Part shown: one piece after another, positions 8,240 through 18,758 of the stretch
Layout of the letters: every line of letters starts with the position of its first letter
How positions within the stretch are numbered: position 1 is the first letter of the stretch
Source: a virus
DNA length: 64,000 bases
Strand: one strand, 5' to 3'
IMG/VR virus record: IMGVR_UViG_3300022664_000125
Coordinates: 1,362 to 65,361 of that record
Translations under genes and position numbers: made by a program
The notes under the pieces: generated by a model
Databases searched by the model: none
Told to the model about the DNA's origin: nothing
What the model saw: only the letters and a program-made list of their open reading frames with translations

Positions 8240-8331
8240 AAGGAAGAGAGCGACGGCAAAGATTTGTTGGGAGGCGGGCATCAAATCTTTTTTGCTCTCA
8301 CGAAAGCCCGTTTTAATTGCGGGCCGAGGAA

Positions 8332-9153
8332 TTAGGGCTTCACTTCAGATGTTACAGAACCTCCATGTGAACCCCAAGCAGATATATTATTTGCATGATC
8401 ATGATACTTAGCATATGTAGAATCGGAATCTCCCATATACTTTAGTGCCTTTAAGAGATTAACAACTGTAGCGGTCACATTCGGCTCTGCCGAAGTAAGT
8501 GGCGCTCCATCAAAACTAAAAGGAACTGATAACTGAACAGTATCGTTAGCAGTAATATCTTCTGCAGCTGCAGTATCAACAGGAATCGTAGTTGGAAATA
8601 CGCCCTGATAAATATAACATTCTTCAATATCACCAATTGTAAGATCTGCTCCATCAGAACGCACAGGTTTAGTCTGAGCGACTGCAACCCACCCTTTATA
8701 GTTCTGAGGGATAAATTTATTACCTTCAAGCGGACTTACACCAGTATAAGGATCAAACACTGAAGCCCATCTACGAATAATATTTAAGATTGGCTGATTT
8801 TGGTATTCTCTAAATGTAAGAGTAAACTCTCTTGTTGTAGTAACATTTACGACATAGGAAGAACCAATTGCTCCCTGTCCCATAATATCAACTTTAGTAA
8901 GAGCTTGTGTATGAGGTGTAAAACCTTCAACAGTACTATGTAACCACTTTGAAGCTGTCTGAACATTATCTGCTCCAGCAAAAAGCTCTGAAGGCAGACC
9001 ATAAATTACCTGGAAATATCCAGAAACATACGGTTGATTTGAACGCCAATGTCCACCAATGTCCCTGGTTAGAAAATCCGGCTTTTCTCGATCTTTAATG
9101 GCATTAGTAAACCGAGTCGAGAGTCTACTAATGATGGTTGTTGCATCTGCCAT
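8332..9153 (-). CDS. Tail tube protein (T4 gp19-like)
   Basis: Directly downstream of the sheath gene; FTLTFRE, YQGVFPTTI and VQLSVPFSFD motifs. Confidence 0.8.
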   Translation of the reverse strand: MADATTIISRLSTRFTNAIKDREKPDFLTRDIGGHWRSNQPYVSGYFQVIYGLPSELFAGADNVQTASKWLHSTVEGFTPHTQALTKVDIMGQGAIGSSYVVNVTTTREFTLTFREYQNQPILNIIRRWASVFDPYTGVSPLEGNKFIPQNYKGWVAVAQTKPVRSDGADLTIGDIEECYIYQGVFPTTIPVDTAAAEDITANDTVQLSVPFSFDGAPLTSAEPNVTATVVNLLKALKYMGDSDSTYAKYHDHANNISAWGSHGGSVTSEVKP

Positions 9154-9182
9154 GTTATACTCCTTAAAAATAATTTTTGGAT

Positions 9183-9210
9183 CGGCAAGACCTAGTTAAA
9201 GGTCTTGCCG
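9183..9210. repeat. CGGCAAGATCT hairpin, copy 3 (compensatory change)
   Basis: CGGCAAGACCT-agttaa-AGGTCTTGCCG between the sheath and tube genes. Confidence 0.9.
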
Positions 9211-9222
9211 GATTCATTTTTG

Positions 9223-11265
9223 TTAGTGGACAATGATGAACACATTAATTCTTTCAATGGCGCGGATAGGCGTCACATCGATAATAACATTTAATTCTGA
9301 CGCGACATCGTCGAAACTTACCGCAACATTAAAACTCTTAAGAACTGAATATCTTTCAACACTCGATTCTAAGAATTTACTTAAGAAATTAGCAACCCTA
9401 AACTGGGCTTGACCAATCCAGTACTGAGTTGCCCTTCTCTGTAGAATGTCCTTTAACAGAGTAGGAATGACTTTCCGAATATATGCAATAAATTTTGCAA
9501 CATGTAAACGTTTCAGAACTGACAATCTCTTCCATGTAGTAAACTGAGTAAGAATGTATTTGCCCTGAGGTTCAACAATTATACAATTTAATTCAGCATC
9601 CATCAAATCGCCACGTTCAGTATGATTTGACTTATAAGCTAACTCAATCGGTTCTGCAATAGCGCCTTTTTCAATACCGGCAACTGGTTCTGCGATGAAA
9701 TATGCTCCATCACAATATAGATGCCTCTCAAGTGCATGATACACTGGATTCATCCAAATACGTTCACCAGTAAAGGCATCAAAAATCTTCCGATACTGAA
9801 CATACAAAGCTGACGTCCAATCATTCCACGGAACATCATTTAATCGAGCTGTCAAATCTGCAGAATATGTAGTTACCTTAGCACCAGTATCACCAAGATG
9901 AATACAATCCTGCCTATAAGAAGCAAGATAACGACCACCATTCTGAACGGCAGCTGAATAACCACCTGTAATAATGTAATCTGGTTGATACCAAGGATAC
10001 ACACATTCAGGAATCTGTTCAATAGAACCATCAACACTAACCATTGTACCTTGATAAGCTAGTAATACCTGTCCGTCAAGATAATCTCTATCTGCTTCAA
10101 GATTATTAGTAGAATTATACATTGGAAGTGTTCGACCAGTATTAACTGTTCCATCTGTTCCATTTTCAAATTGTACACCACCTGCAGCAATACTACCAGT
10201 TGAAGAATCAACAGTACTTCCAGAAACGGTCATCAGTAACTGAACCTGTAATCTCCTCTTTGTAGCTTGTGTCTCAGTGGTTGCACCAACTGCAACAAGA
10301 CCATCGACAGCTGCAGCAGAAATACAGCCAACAAAATTACTATTGTTATTAATTGCATCTTCAATATATAATGAAGTACCAGATGTAAGATCTTTAATTG
10401 TTGATCCAAATGCATTACGTCGAGTTAATGAAACAGACCATGGACCTTCCAATAGAGTAGTTGTACCATCATCATTTAGATAGTACACTCCGATATCCAT
10501 AAATAGATATTTATATAAAACCACTCCATTAGTGTCAGTATACATCTTTTCAAGTTCGACGTTACGAACTCCCATAATTTTAATATTGTTGTAATATGTT
10601 CCAGCACCTTTTGCATAAAAATACCAAACCACTGTTGAAGTAACTTCAGGCATTTGGGCCTCAGAGGTTACACTTGCAGTGGAACCAGCAATATATGGTG
10701 AACAAGAATATCCATCAACAGCTCCAGAAATTGTTCCAGCGTAAACATTATCAAGTGTAAGGGTTAGCGTAGCAAGATTTTTAGCGACAACCTGTCCTGC
10801 ATCAGCTACAGTATCACCGTCTGCAAAAATCCAGGTTCCAACAGCAACAGCATTAAATGAAGATGCGTTAGATGCTACAACATTCTTACTACCCGGAGTA
10901 AATGTAAAAGTAGCATCAGTTGGACCCGGTAAATAAGTAATTTTAGTACTTGAAGTCGATGTTGAAATATTTTTATTTGCCCAATATGCATCATCTGGCA
11001 TCGCTCGAACAAGCAAAAGATTGCTCGAGTACTGTAAAAATTTATCTGCAAGATAATGCGCTTGAGAAGTTCTTCGATAATTGGGCTGTCCAAATAATTT
11101 ATAAAATTGTTCTCTTGATGTTAACGTGACAACCCTATTATGTGGTCCACGGTCACAAAGAGTAACAATATATCCAATTCTTCCAGTCTCTAGAGACTCA
11201 GCAGCATAAGAAGCATCCTCAATGCTTACATATACAGCTGGTTCACGACGATCTGTTACCGGCAT
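9223..11265 (-). CDS. Tail sheath protein (T4 gp18-like)
   Basis: EPAVYVSIED start, RGP...FYKLFGQP, C-terminal PIRAIERINVFI; 680 aa. Confidence 0.92.
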   Translation of the reverse strand: MPVTDRREPAVYVSIEDASYAAESLETGRIGYIVTLCDRGPHNRVVTLTSREQFYKLFGQPNYRRTSQAHYLADKFLQYSSNLLLVRAMPDDAYWANKNISTSTSSTKITYLPGPTDATFTFTPGSKNVVASNASSFNAVAVGTWIFADGDTVADAGQVVAKNLATLTLTLDNVYAGTISGAVDGYSCSPYIAGSTASVTSEAQMPEVTSTVVWYFYAKGAGTYYNNIKIMGVRNVELEKMYTDTNGVVLYKYLFMDIGVYYLNDDGTTTLLEGPWSVSLTRRNAFGSTIKDLTSGTSLYIEDAINNNSNFVGCISAAAVDGLVAVGATTETQATKRRLQVQLLMTVSGSTVDSSTGSIAAGGVQFENGTDGTVNTGRTLPMYNSTNNLEADRDYLDGQVLLAYQGTMVSVDGSIEQIPECVYPWYQPDYIITGGYSAAVQNGGRYLASYRQDCIHLGDTGAKVTTYSADLTARLNDVPWNDWTSALYVQYRKIFDAFTGERIWMNPVYHALERHLYCDGAYFIAEPVAGIEKGAIAEPIELAYKSNHTERGDLMDAELNCIIVEPQGKYILTQFTTWKRLSVLKRLHVAKFIAYIRKVIPTLLKDILQRRATQYWIGQAQFRVANFLSKFLESSVERYSVLKSFNVAVSFDDVASELNVIIDVTPIRAIERINVFIIVH

Positions 11266-11316
11266 AATTCTTAACTCCTTTAAATAAATTTATTTTAATA
11301 ATCTTTCAATGCCGAT

Positions 11317-13176
11317 CTATCTGTCTTTATTTAACTCATAAACAAAATTACCACAATCCCAGATTCTATCATAACCATTTAATTGCATATTTTCCCATTC
11401 TGTCAATTTTTCATCAAATAGTTCTAACTTATTTTGCAATAAATGTTTCTGAAATTGTAACCTTGACAATCTTTTTCGTGTACCACATTTTACATAATAA
11501 TATCCTGGTTCAGTTGTCCCCACGAATTTAAATCCACATTTATAATAACCAGTTCCTATCCCATATCTTGCATCTGCATAAGTTATGATGGAATTAAATG
11601 GTGTTATGGTATCAATAGCTCTCAATAATTTAGACAAAGAACCTGGAACACTAGTATTGTTTTTATTACAAAATCTATAAATTTCAATATCGTGAGAGGA
11701 ACTAAATCTTGGAGAGCCTATAGTCATCATCGATACGAATTCATTATTATAATACAACCCTATATGCTCACCATTGATAAATCCTTGAATGTGATTAGTT
11801 GTATAGAATTGTTTAGCATCTTCTATTGGAACTGAATAGATTTGACACTTTCTTGCAAAAATTCTGTAATCATTCTTTTTAAATTTATTCAATAACACAC
11901 TTTTAACTATATTTTGTTTATATAACCATTCATCTTCAAAAATTTGAACTAAATTAATTTGTTTTTGCAAAGATAATAATAATTTGCGCTGATGATAATC
12001 TTTATCTTTTCTACCAAATACTTCAGAATGCCAATAAACACCATTTAACTCGATTCCCAATTTGATATCTGGAATGTAGATATCGATCTCATATGGTGGA
12101 ATTAAAGTTCTATTTCTATTTTCAATAATAGAATATTCTTGACAAAACTGCACAATCTCTTTTTCGACAGAAGATGTCCCAACTACAGGATAGCAGGTTG
12201 GACATCTAGGCAAATTACCATTATCAATATCGTCATCAAAAGTGGTATTACATTTTAAACATTTCCAAAGATATTTTTTATTATGTTTGACACCAGAATA
12301 ATCAGAAATTGAAAACAATGGTAAATATCTTTCTTTTAATCTATTACTCGAGAGCAACTTTTCAAAAAAATGATATTTTTGTGTTTGTGAAATTTTTTGT
12401 TGAATTTCTTTGTTCTTCGCTGGATTATCAACTCCATACTTTTTCAAATGAGTCTGGCGAATAACATCTTGAATCACTGGATCTTGTAGAGAACAATCAT
12501 ATCCTGTTTTATTCCGATACGTTTCTGCTCTTTTTTTAATAACTACATGATTGAAACTTGGATTTTCAAAACCTGTTTTGCTCATATATGTGTTTTTTAT
12601 CTTCTCTTTTACATCAGGATTTTGAAATGGGTGATTGTACCCCGTTTTTTCAAAATATTTTTTCTGTCGAATCGTATTGATTCCAGGAATATAATTAATA
12701 TGAGAATATCCAAAGTGTTCAAATGTTGTTTCAATTTTCTTATTCTTTATCTCTGGGTCTTGAGAAGGATTTTTGTAACCAGTTTTCTCAAAATAAGTAG
12801 TAAAAGCTTTTGTATTAATATATTTTTGATCATCAATTCGGCAACCAATCGAACAATATGTTTGATAACCTTTTGAAAACTGTTTTGTAAATTCAGTTGC
12901 TTTACCACATACTTTACATTTTACTGGATTATCCTCATAAAAATTAAATAAAACATGATACAATCTTTCCAGAGGAGCAGCAGTGAGCAGATATGGTGTC
13001 AATTGTTTTAAAATATCTTTGCACCGTAAATTATCAATTTTCAAGACTGTGATGCTTCTCACAAATGTTTTTGGATTTTGATCATAATATTCTTCTAATG
13101 ATGATACTTTGAAATGCTGACACAAATTATTTATAAAATTCAATCTTTGTTTTTCAAGATTTTCAATTTCTAGCAT
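11317..13176 (-). CDS. Putative free-standing homing endonuclease, paralog of 6336..8150
   Basis: EIDIYIPDIKLGIELNGVYWH, KTGYxNP repeats, IFARKC...RIWDCG domain. Confidence 0.75.
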   Translation of the reverse strand: MLEIENLEKQRLNFINNLCQHFKVSSLEEYYDQNPKTFVRSITVLKIDNLRCKDILKQLTPYLLTAAPLERLYHVLFNFYEDNPVKCKVCGKATEFTKQFSKGYQTYCSIGCRIDDQKYINTKAFTTYFEKTGYKNPSQDPEIKNKKIETTFEHFGYSHINYIPGINTIRQKKYFEKTGYNHPFQNPDVKEKIKNTYMSKTGFENPSFNHVVIKKRAETYRNKTGYDCSLQDPVIQDVIRQTHLKKYGVDNPAKNKEIQQKISQTQKYHFFEKLLSSNRLKERYLPLFSISDYSGVKHNKKYLWKCLKCNTTFDDDIDNGNLPRCPTCYPVVGTSSVEKEIVQFCQEYSIIENRNRTLIPPYEIDIYIPDIKLGIELNGVYWHSEVFGRKDKDYHQRKLLLSLQKQINLVQIFEDEWLYKQNIVKSVLLNKFKKNDYRIFARKCQIYSVPIEDAKQFYTTNHIQGFINGEHIGLYYNNEFVSMMTIGSPRFSSSHDIEIYRFCNKNNTSVPGSLSKLLRAIDTITPFNSIITYADARYGIGTGYYKCGFKFVGTTEPGYYYVKCGTRKRLSRLQFQKHLLQNKLELFDEKLTEWENMQLNGYDRIWDCGNFVYELNKDR

Positions 13177-13186
13177 AATTAAATCT

Positions 13187-13873
13187 TTAAAATAAAATGT
13201 ACCACTGAATTGTTAACACTGATTCTTTTTCTTTCCATTTTGGCGCAAAACAAATATGCGAAAACAATTTCGCTGTTGAACCTGATACAAAATATAAACC
13301 AGCTTCATCAATTTTTGTTGTTGCACCTGGTGCAAGAGAACTTGGTTCGCCATTGGGGATGATACATGTACATTTCATTTTTGTATAATAAGTACAAGAT
13401 GAACCTCCACCAGAATAGGAACTACTTTCTAAGTATCTTGTTCCACCACTCGCTGTTATTGATTTAACTGCTAATGTTGTTCCACCTGGCTCTGTAAGAT
13501 ATCCCGCAACTCCCAATGATGTTGCAGTAATTAATCCCGTATCACAAATATATGGTCCATTTAGAGTAACCGTTGGCGGCGCACCAGCAACTACTGATCC
13601 TCCACTTCCAACTGCAAAATGAGAAATTACATAACTAGTCCAATTACTTCTCACTCCTCCACTATAGGCGTTGCTATTAAAAACTCTTTGAGCAACATAT
13701 TCTCTACCTTGTGCTGTTACCAAATTTGGACCTTCATCAAAAATCAATCCATTTTTTGTTTGTAAGTAAATTTGTACCCAACCAAGTGGACCTCTCGTTT
13801 TATAACCCATCTCATTTGCTAATTTGTCGAAGATCTTATAATCTTCTTTAACTATCACATTATCATTAAGCAC
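13187..13873 (-). CDS. Baseplate or tail-fibre attachment protein
   Basis: NLVTAQGR, FAVGSGG, IDEAGLY and LTIQW motifs of tail collar/fibre N-terminal domains; GTG start after GGAGG. Confidence 0.65.
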   Translation of the reverse strand: MLNDNVIVKEDYKIFDKLANEMGYKTRGPLGWVQIYLQTKNGLIFDEGPNLVTAQGREYVAQRVFNSNAYSGGVRSNWTSYVISHFAVGSGGSVVAGAPPTVTLNGPYICDTGLITATSLGVAGYLTEPGGTTLAVKSITASGGTRYLESSSYSGGGSSCTYYTKMKCTCIIPNGEPSSLAPGATTKIDEAGLYFVSGSTAKLFSHICFAPKWKEKESVLTIQWYILF

Positions 13874-14005
13874 GTGAAAATTTCCTCCATAAAGTAATAT
13901 GGACACATAATTCAAAAAATGTTTGAATTACTAACAAAGCTTAAAATAAGCACAGATCTTCCGGAAACTGTTTTTGTTTTATAATTCAATCCACTTTTGA
14001 ATCTT

Positions 14006-15877
14006 TTAAAGAACTTTAGTAACAGTATATGATTCGACACATATAACATCTGATACTAGATCTTTATTTAATTCCATTAAGTAATCAGTAGATGTTTGTA
14101 AAATACTTGTAATTGTAGTTCTGTAATCCATTGCCGCTTCATCATATAAATCAACTGATTCATCATCAGTTGTTGGAATTTCAACATTAGCTTGAGAAAA
14201 AATACTAATAATTGGCATCGAAATTTCTGGTGAGAAAATAATCTCATTAGAATCATCATCAGAAATATTCTCAACACTACTTATCGGATAGATGAGATCT
14301 AATATGTTAGAATCAGAAATATTAGAAGCTTCATCTTCATCCGGAAGGGATGCAAAAACATTAAATGTAAAATTATTTAATAAATTAACATTTGATTCAG
14401 CATTGAAAACATAATTAAATAAACACTCATCAGAGAATGTTAGTAAACTTGCATACATAATTTGATATAGAAAATTTGTATTTGATTCATCATCAATAAA
14501 TACTTGATTAAATTTATCTTGACATCTTATACCAGTGTTAGCGATACTATACAAATCAACATGATATGGTTTTAAATTATACAATATTGTATATGATGTA
14601 GTATTTTCGGGATTAATTAAGACCTGTGGTAGATATCTTAAAAAATAATCCACATATTGAGAAAAATAAATATCTCCAGAGTATGTTGATGCATATAGTA
14701 ATAATGATGAATAAATTTCAGTTAGAATTAGATTGATCTCTGCTTGTTTACCAATTGATGTGTTTGTAATCCTATCATCTACATATGTAATTAATGCTGA
14801 ATTTAAAATAAGTAACTCATTATACATATCAGTGTCAGTTTTTGCCGAACCTCCTGAAAATGTATAAAAAGAATCTGCTATATCTTTATAAAATTCATCT
14901 CTAAGTGTCCCACAATTATCATAATCTCTTGTTGCAGTCGATACAATTTCAATACTATTATATCTATCAATTATTTTATCAAGCTCACTTATAGTCGTCG
15001 GTGTACTTCCAATAAAGGCAGGAAATGTAACATCACCATATATGAATCTTAACATTGGTTGTACGGCAAAAGCTGTCCAAGGTATTCCATAATATCTCGT
15101 TAAAAGATAATACCAAAGATAATAAATGGTTTTTAACTGAACTGTTTTTGCATCATCTTTAAAATAAATGTCAATATAATCTTCTTTATATTCATGTAGA
15201 AATATAGCAACAATTATATCATATAGTATTGAAACATCATTCATTAAATCATTATCTAATAACATTAGATTTGATTTTATCGGCAAGATCAGTTGTTCAT
15301 TACTATAAAGTTCGGTTAATTGACTTTCACTTAATAGAAGAGTTGGAACCGCATTATAAAGGGTAGCATATGGTATATCATTAACATTTAATGACATATC
15401 ATCATTTAAATATACTTTTACTGGTTTAAATACCCAATCACCACTTGAATTTCTATCAATAAATAATTCATAAATACTTACTCTATCATTGAATGTTTCT
15501 GCTACTTTTTGAAAAAATGATATTGTTCCTTTATATCTTTCAAAATCTGCCAGAGTTTTGAGAAAAATTAATTTATCAGCTAAAGAAATATTATCTATAA
15601 TTGTTTGTGGAACTCCTATAGCTATCAATAACTGATTATAAATCTCTGGGGTTTCAAAATTAGCATCTTCGTAAATTTGCTTCAATTCATTTGGTATAAC
15701 AGTGTATACTTGACCATAATAATATTCAGAAAGCGTATTTATTAATGTATTATAAACCTTCTCTTCACGATAGGGAGCATATGGTTTAATATATGAATCA
15801 AAGAAATTTCGAATATCATCTAATGATAATGGAGAAAGACCTACATATTCGCTATCTACATTCGGATCTGTCGCCAC
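14006..15877 (-). CDS. Putative baseplate wedge protein
   Basis: RYKGT and LKPYHV motifs typical of wedge subunits; position in the tail cluster. Confidence 0.55.
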   Translation of the reverse strand: MATDPNVDSEYVGLSPLSLDDIRNFFDSYIKPYAPYREEKVYNTLINTLSEYYYGQVYTVIPNELKQIYEDANFETPEIYNQLLIAIGVPQTIIDNISLADKLIFLKTLADFERYKGTISFFQKVAETFNDRVSIYELFIDRNSSGDWVFKPVKVYLNDDMSLNVNDIPYATLYNAVPTLLLSESQLTELYSNEQLILPIKSNLMLLDNDLMNDVSILYDIIVAIFLHEYKEDYIDIYFKDDAKTVQLKTIYYLWYYLLTRYYGIPWTAFAVQPMLRFIYGDVTFPAFIGSTPTTISELDKIIDRYNSIEIVSTATRDYDNCGTLRDEFYKDIADSFYTFSGGSAKTDTDMYNELLILNSALITYVDDRITNTSIGKQAEINLILTEIYSSLLLYASTYSGDIYFSQYVDYFLRYLPQVLINPENTTSYTILYNLKPYHVDLYSIANTGIRCQDKFNQVFIDDESNTNFLYQIMYASLLTFSDECLFNYVFNAESNVNLLNNFTFNVFASLPDEDEASNISDSNILDLIYPISSVENISDDDSNEIIFSPEISMPIISIFSQANVEIPTTDDESVDLYDEAAMDYRTTITSILQTSTDYLMELNKDLVSDVICVESYTVTKVL

Positions 15878-15896
15878 ATGAAAATCTCCTCAATGT

Positions 15897-16865
15897 TTAT
15901 AGACTTGGCCAATTAAACGCTTCTTTAAGCAGCTGATATGATAATAAAAACATTTCATCTGCTACATTTTCTGATGTTTTATGAGTAATCGACCAAGTAT
16001 AAGATTCAATACTTTTAGTTGCAAGATTTAAAACCTTGTAATCATAATTTCCAATGGTATATGGTAATGAATTTACATTATCATAGATTTGTGTAAAATT
16101 CATTTGATCAAGATATCCATACGGAAGTTGAAATTTTTCAAGAATTCTTTTGTATTTATTAGCAAATTGTTTCTTAAAGAAAATCATAATTTCATTTACT
16201 TCTACCGGCGCGAGCTGATTGATTTGATATAAATCATAATATGGGTCGTAATACTTTGCAAGACTATTTAGAATTGTTTCTAATTTATTTAACTTATCAA
16301 CAAATGCTTGATAGTCCAAATATGATATATATTTTTCATCAGTCATGTCATACACATAATGATTTAGTAGTTCAAGCTCTTGTATCTGAGCCTGATGTAT
16401 CGGCGCATATTCCAGTTCCAGTTCGAACCATCTTACATTAGGATCGGAATGTACAGCATTTACAGCCGTCCGTAATCCAGTTACACGGAAGATCTCGCCG
16501 CTTTGAACTGGTCCATAGAACATTATTAAATCATGAATTCTTGGAGATTCTATTGTATAAACGACAATAGATGACGTTGCATCCATTGACTGACCACGTA
16601 AATCTTGAACGCTCGCAGCAGCATTAACAACCGGTGCCAAATAATAAGTGGGAGTAAAATCATACACATTAAATTTTAATGATGACACATGGTATAGATC
16701 ATATGTAGCTTCTAATTTATCATCATATATCGATGCGCCAATATCGATATTATAATATCGTACAAATGAACTTGGTCGCTTTGTATTCATATAAAAATTA
16801 ATTAGTCTTAAATATTCATTATGATATGATTGAACTATTTGTGGATCATACAAAGCATTAAGCAT
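15897..16865 (-). CDS. Putative neck/head-completion structural protein
   Basis: 322-aa ORF; PRIHDLIMF...IFRVT beta-barrel-like motif; gene context. Confidence 0.4.
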   Translation of the reverse strand: MLNALYDPQIVQSYHNEYLRLINFYMNTKRPSSFVRYYNIDIGASIYDDKLEATYDLYHVSSLKFNVYDFTPTYYLAPVVNAAASVQDLRGQSMDATSSIVVYTIESPRIHDLIMFYGPVQSGEIFRVTGLRTAVNAVHSDPNVRWFELELEYAPIHQAQIQELELLNHYVYDMTDEKYISYLDYQAFVDKLNKLETILNSLAKYYDPYYDLYQINQLAPVEVNEIMIFFKKQFANKYKRILEKFQLPYGYLDQMNFTQIYDNVNSLPYTIGNYDYKVLNLATKSIESYTWSITHKTSENVADEMFLLSYQLLKEAFNWPSL

Positions 16866-16958
16866 CGTTGTACTCCAACTATACTTCTATTTTTATATAG
16901 AAATATTATTTTTAATATTTTAAAATTCTATTTTACTAAAGGAGGATCAACAGTATTT

Positions 16959-17747
16959 ATGTTAAACAAACCTAGAAGTCAAGGAAACATTACTCAAGCG
17001 GTTATTTCAGTTGACCAGAATTTCATTCTGGCCAAAAGTATCAACAACTTTACAGACGTGATCAGTCCGTTTAAAAAGACCAAGGATCGTTTTTCATCCA
17101 AATTCACACTGCCGATAAACCAACTACATCGAATAAATACTTTATACGAATCTCTCTCAAGTATTTCCCAGTATACTGTTCTAGATAACACTATCAAATT
17201 CGATTGTGTTAGTAATCTTCCAACAGATATGTTCGGAAATGCTACAGAAGGTTACATTCATTTTTCAGCTGTAAAACAAATGAAGAAAGATAAAGATAAG
17301 GTAGAAATTGAAGTTGATCCTAAATTAGTTTTCCAGAATACTGAAGGAGAAATGAACACATTTACAAGAAATCATAAAATCAAATTCAAAAGTGATTTTC
17401 TTAAAGCATTCCCAATTATATTAAGGCCTGGTATGATGTTTTCTACAGTAAATAAATCCATTAGCCAATTGTTCATATCTGTTCTTAATCCAGCAGAAAG
17501 ATATGTTGGAGAATGTTCAAAATATGAAATCGTGAATGTCATTCAGTATCTGTTACCACTTTGGCCAATCTTTGATATCAGTATTAGTAGTTCTATACAA
17601 ATTAAGTTTCGAGAGGATTTTATCCAAGATTTTTACAAAGATGAACATCATCCAATATTGTTATATATTAGTTATTCTCTCGATAAACCAGAAGAGATTA
17701 GCATGGCAAAATTCGGTCAGAGCGTAAATATAAATAATGGGCAATAA
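16959..17747 (+). CDS. Hypothetical protein (isolated + strand gene)
   Basis: AAGGAGG RBS, TATATAGAAA upstream, 262 aa. Confidence 0.7.
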   Translation: MLNKPRSQGNITQAVISVDQNFILAKSINNFTDVISPFKKTKDRFSSKFTLPINQLHRINTLYESLSSISQYTVLDNTIKFDCVSNLPTDMFGNATEGYIHFSAVKQMKKDKDKVEIEVDPKLVFQNTEGEMNTFTRNHKIKFKSDFLKAFPIILRPGMMFSTVNKSISQLFISVLNPAERYVGECSKYEIVNVIQYLLPLWPIFDISISSSIQIKFREDFIQDFYKDEHHPILLYISYSLDKPEEISMAKFGQSVNINNGQ

Positions 17748-17891
17748 TGTGAACTACCCGGTGACAGAGAAGTGGTAACAAATAATAGTCATTTCTAACT
17801 TCAGTTAAGATCACTTCTCTGCTCACACGGGCTTCCTGCTTTAGTAACAGACAGGCAAGCCCCACAGTTCCTGTGGTTAGGGTTAGTTACA
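17748..17891. mobile_element. IS200/IS605-family non-autonomous remnant (PATE/MITE-like)
   Basis: TGTGAACTACCC...GGGCTTCCTGCTT at one end and CAAGCCCCAC...GTGG..GGTTAGTTAC at the other resemble IS605-type palindromic ends; no ORF. Confidence 0.55.
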
Positions 17892-17898
17892 GTCGAAT

Positions 17899-17938
17899 AA
17901 AACACCTTCTCTAAAAATTAATTTAGAGAAGGTGTTTT
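17899..17938. terminator. Bidirectional terminator
   Basis: AAAACACCTTCTCTAAA-loop-TTTAGAGAAGGTGTTTT between convergent genes. Confidence 0.8.
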
Positions 17939-18480
17939 TAACCAGTAAACTCGAGATTTATTTTTTTTCTTTGATCGTTATTAATCTTTAACATTATAAC
18001 TGCATTATATTCAGTATTAGATCCTGTTGAAGTTGGTATAACCTCTGCACTTTCAACTTCCACATCAGCACCTGTTTCAGCAGCTACCACATTAACGATA
18101 TTATTAATTTCAGATGTTATCAGAGTTTTCCGTAAATTTAGATCTTTTGTTTGAACTTGATATTTTAATCTACAACCAAATTCTGGATCAAACGGATACG
18201 ACTCTGGAAGAATAACCAAATAATTTTTGAGATATTCAACTACTAAATCACTTAAATTATCAATTGATGTGAAATCACTATATTTTGAAATTTCTGGTTT
18301 AAGATCATACGAAACATTGTATGATACAGAAAGTTCTTTTTCAAAATAATTTCTAATAATATATTGAACCACTATTGGCAGTTCTTCAAATACGTGTATA
18401 TTCTTATATGATCTTAACGATATTGGTATTTGACGCTGTATCGAAATTGGGAGTTTTGTAAAATCTACTTCCATTGTCAT
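17938..18480 (-). CDS. Baseplate wedge subunit (T4 gp25/GPW-like)
   Basis: PESYPFDPEFGCRL motif. Confidence 0.8.
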   Translation of the reverse strand: MTMEVDFTKLPISIQRQIPISLRSYKNIHVFEELPIVVQYIIRNYFEKELSVSYNVSYDLKPEISKYSDFTSIDNLSDLVVEYLKNYLVILPESYPFDPEFGCRLKYQVQTKDLNLRKTLITSEINNIVNVVAAETGADVEVESAEVIPTSTGSNTEYNAVIMLKINNDQRKKINLEFTG

Positions 18481-18758
18481 TACCTTCTTCTAGCGGTGGA
18501 AGATTTTTTCGGGGACTTAGTATTCATCTGTTGCATTTTCTGATCATATACTTTTTTCTCTCTCTTCTTTTCATCAATTTGTTTAAGTATAATGTCATTA
18601 TACAAAGGATAAGGAAGTGAGAGAATAGATATTGGATCTCCACCGTTTTCAAATAATGTTTGATACAATATAAATGTATCAACAAAATATTTATAATTCT
18701 TCGCTGCCCTCCCTTCCACCAAATAAGCTTCGACGAAAAAACTCGATTTCAAGATCAA
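18480..18758 (-). CDS. Small baseplate hub assembly protein (gp51-like); true start uncertain
   Basis: Follows the gp26-like gene; ILSLPYP followed by a charged helix. Confidence 0.45.
   Translation of the reverse strand: MILKSSFFVEAYLVEGRAAKNYKYFVDTFILYQTLFENGGDPISILSLPYPLYNDIILKQIDEKKREKKVYDQKMQQMNTKSPKKSSTARRR

Noticed and set aside
16959..17747. Sliding clamp assignment
   Set aside because: The size is compatible but no diagnostic motif was recognised
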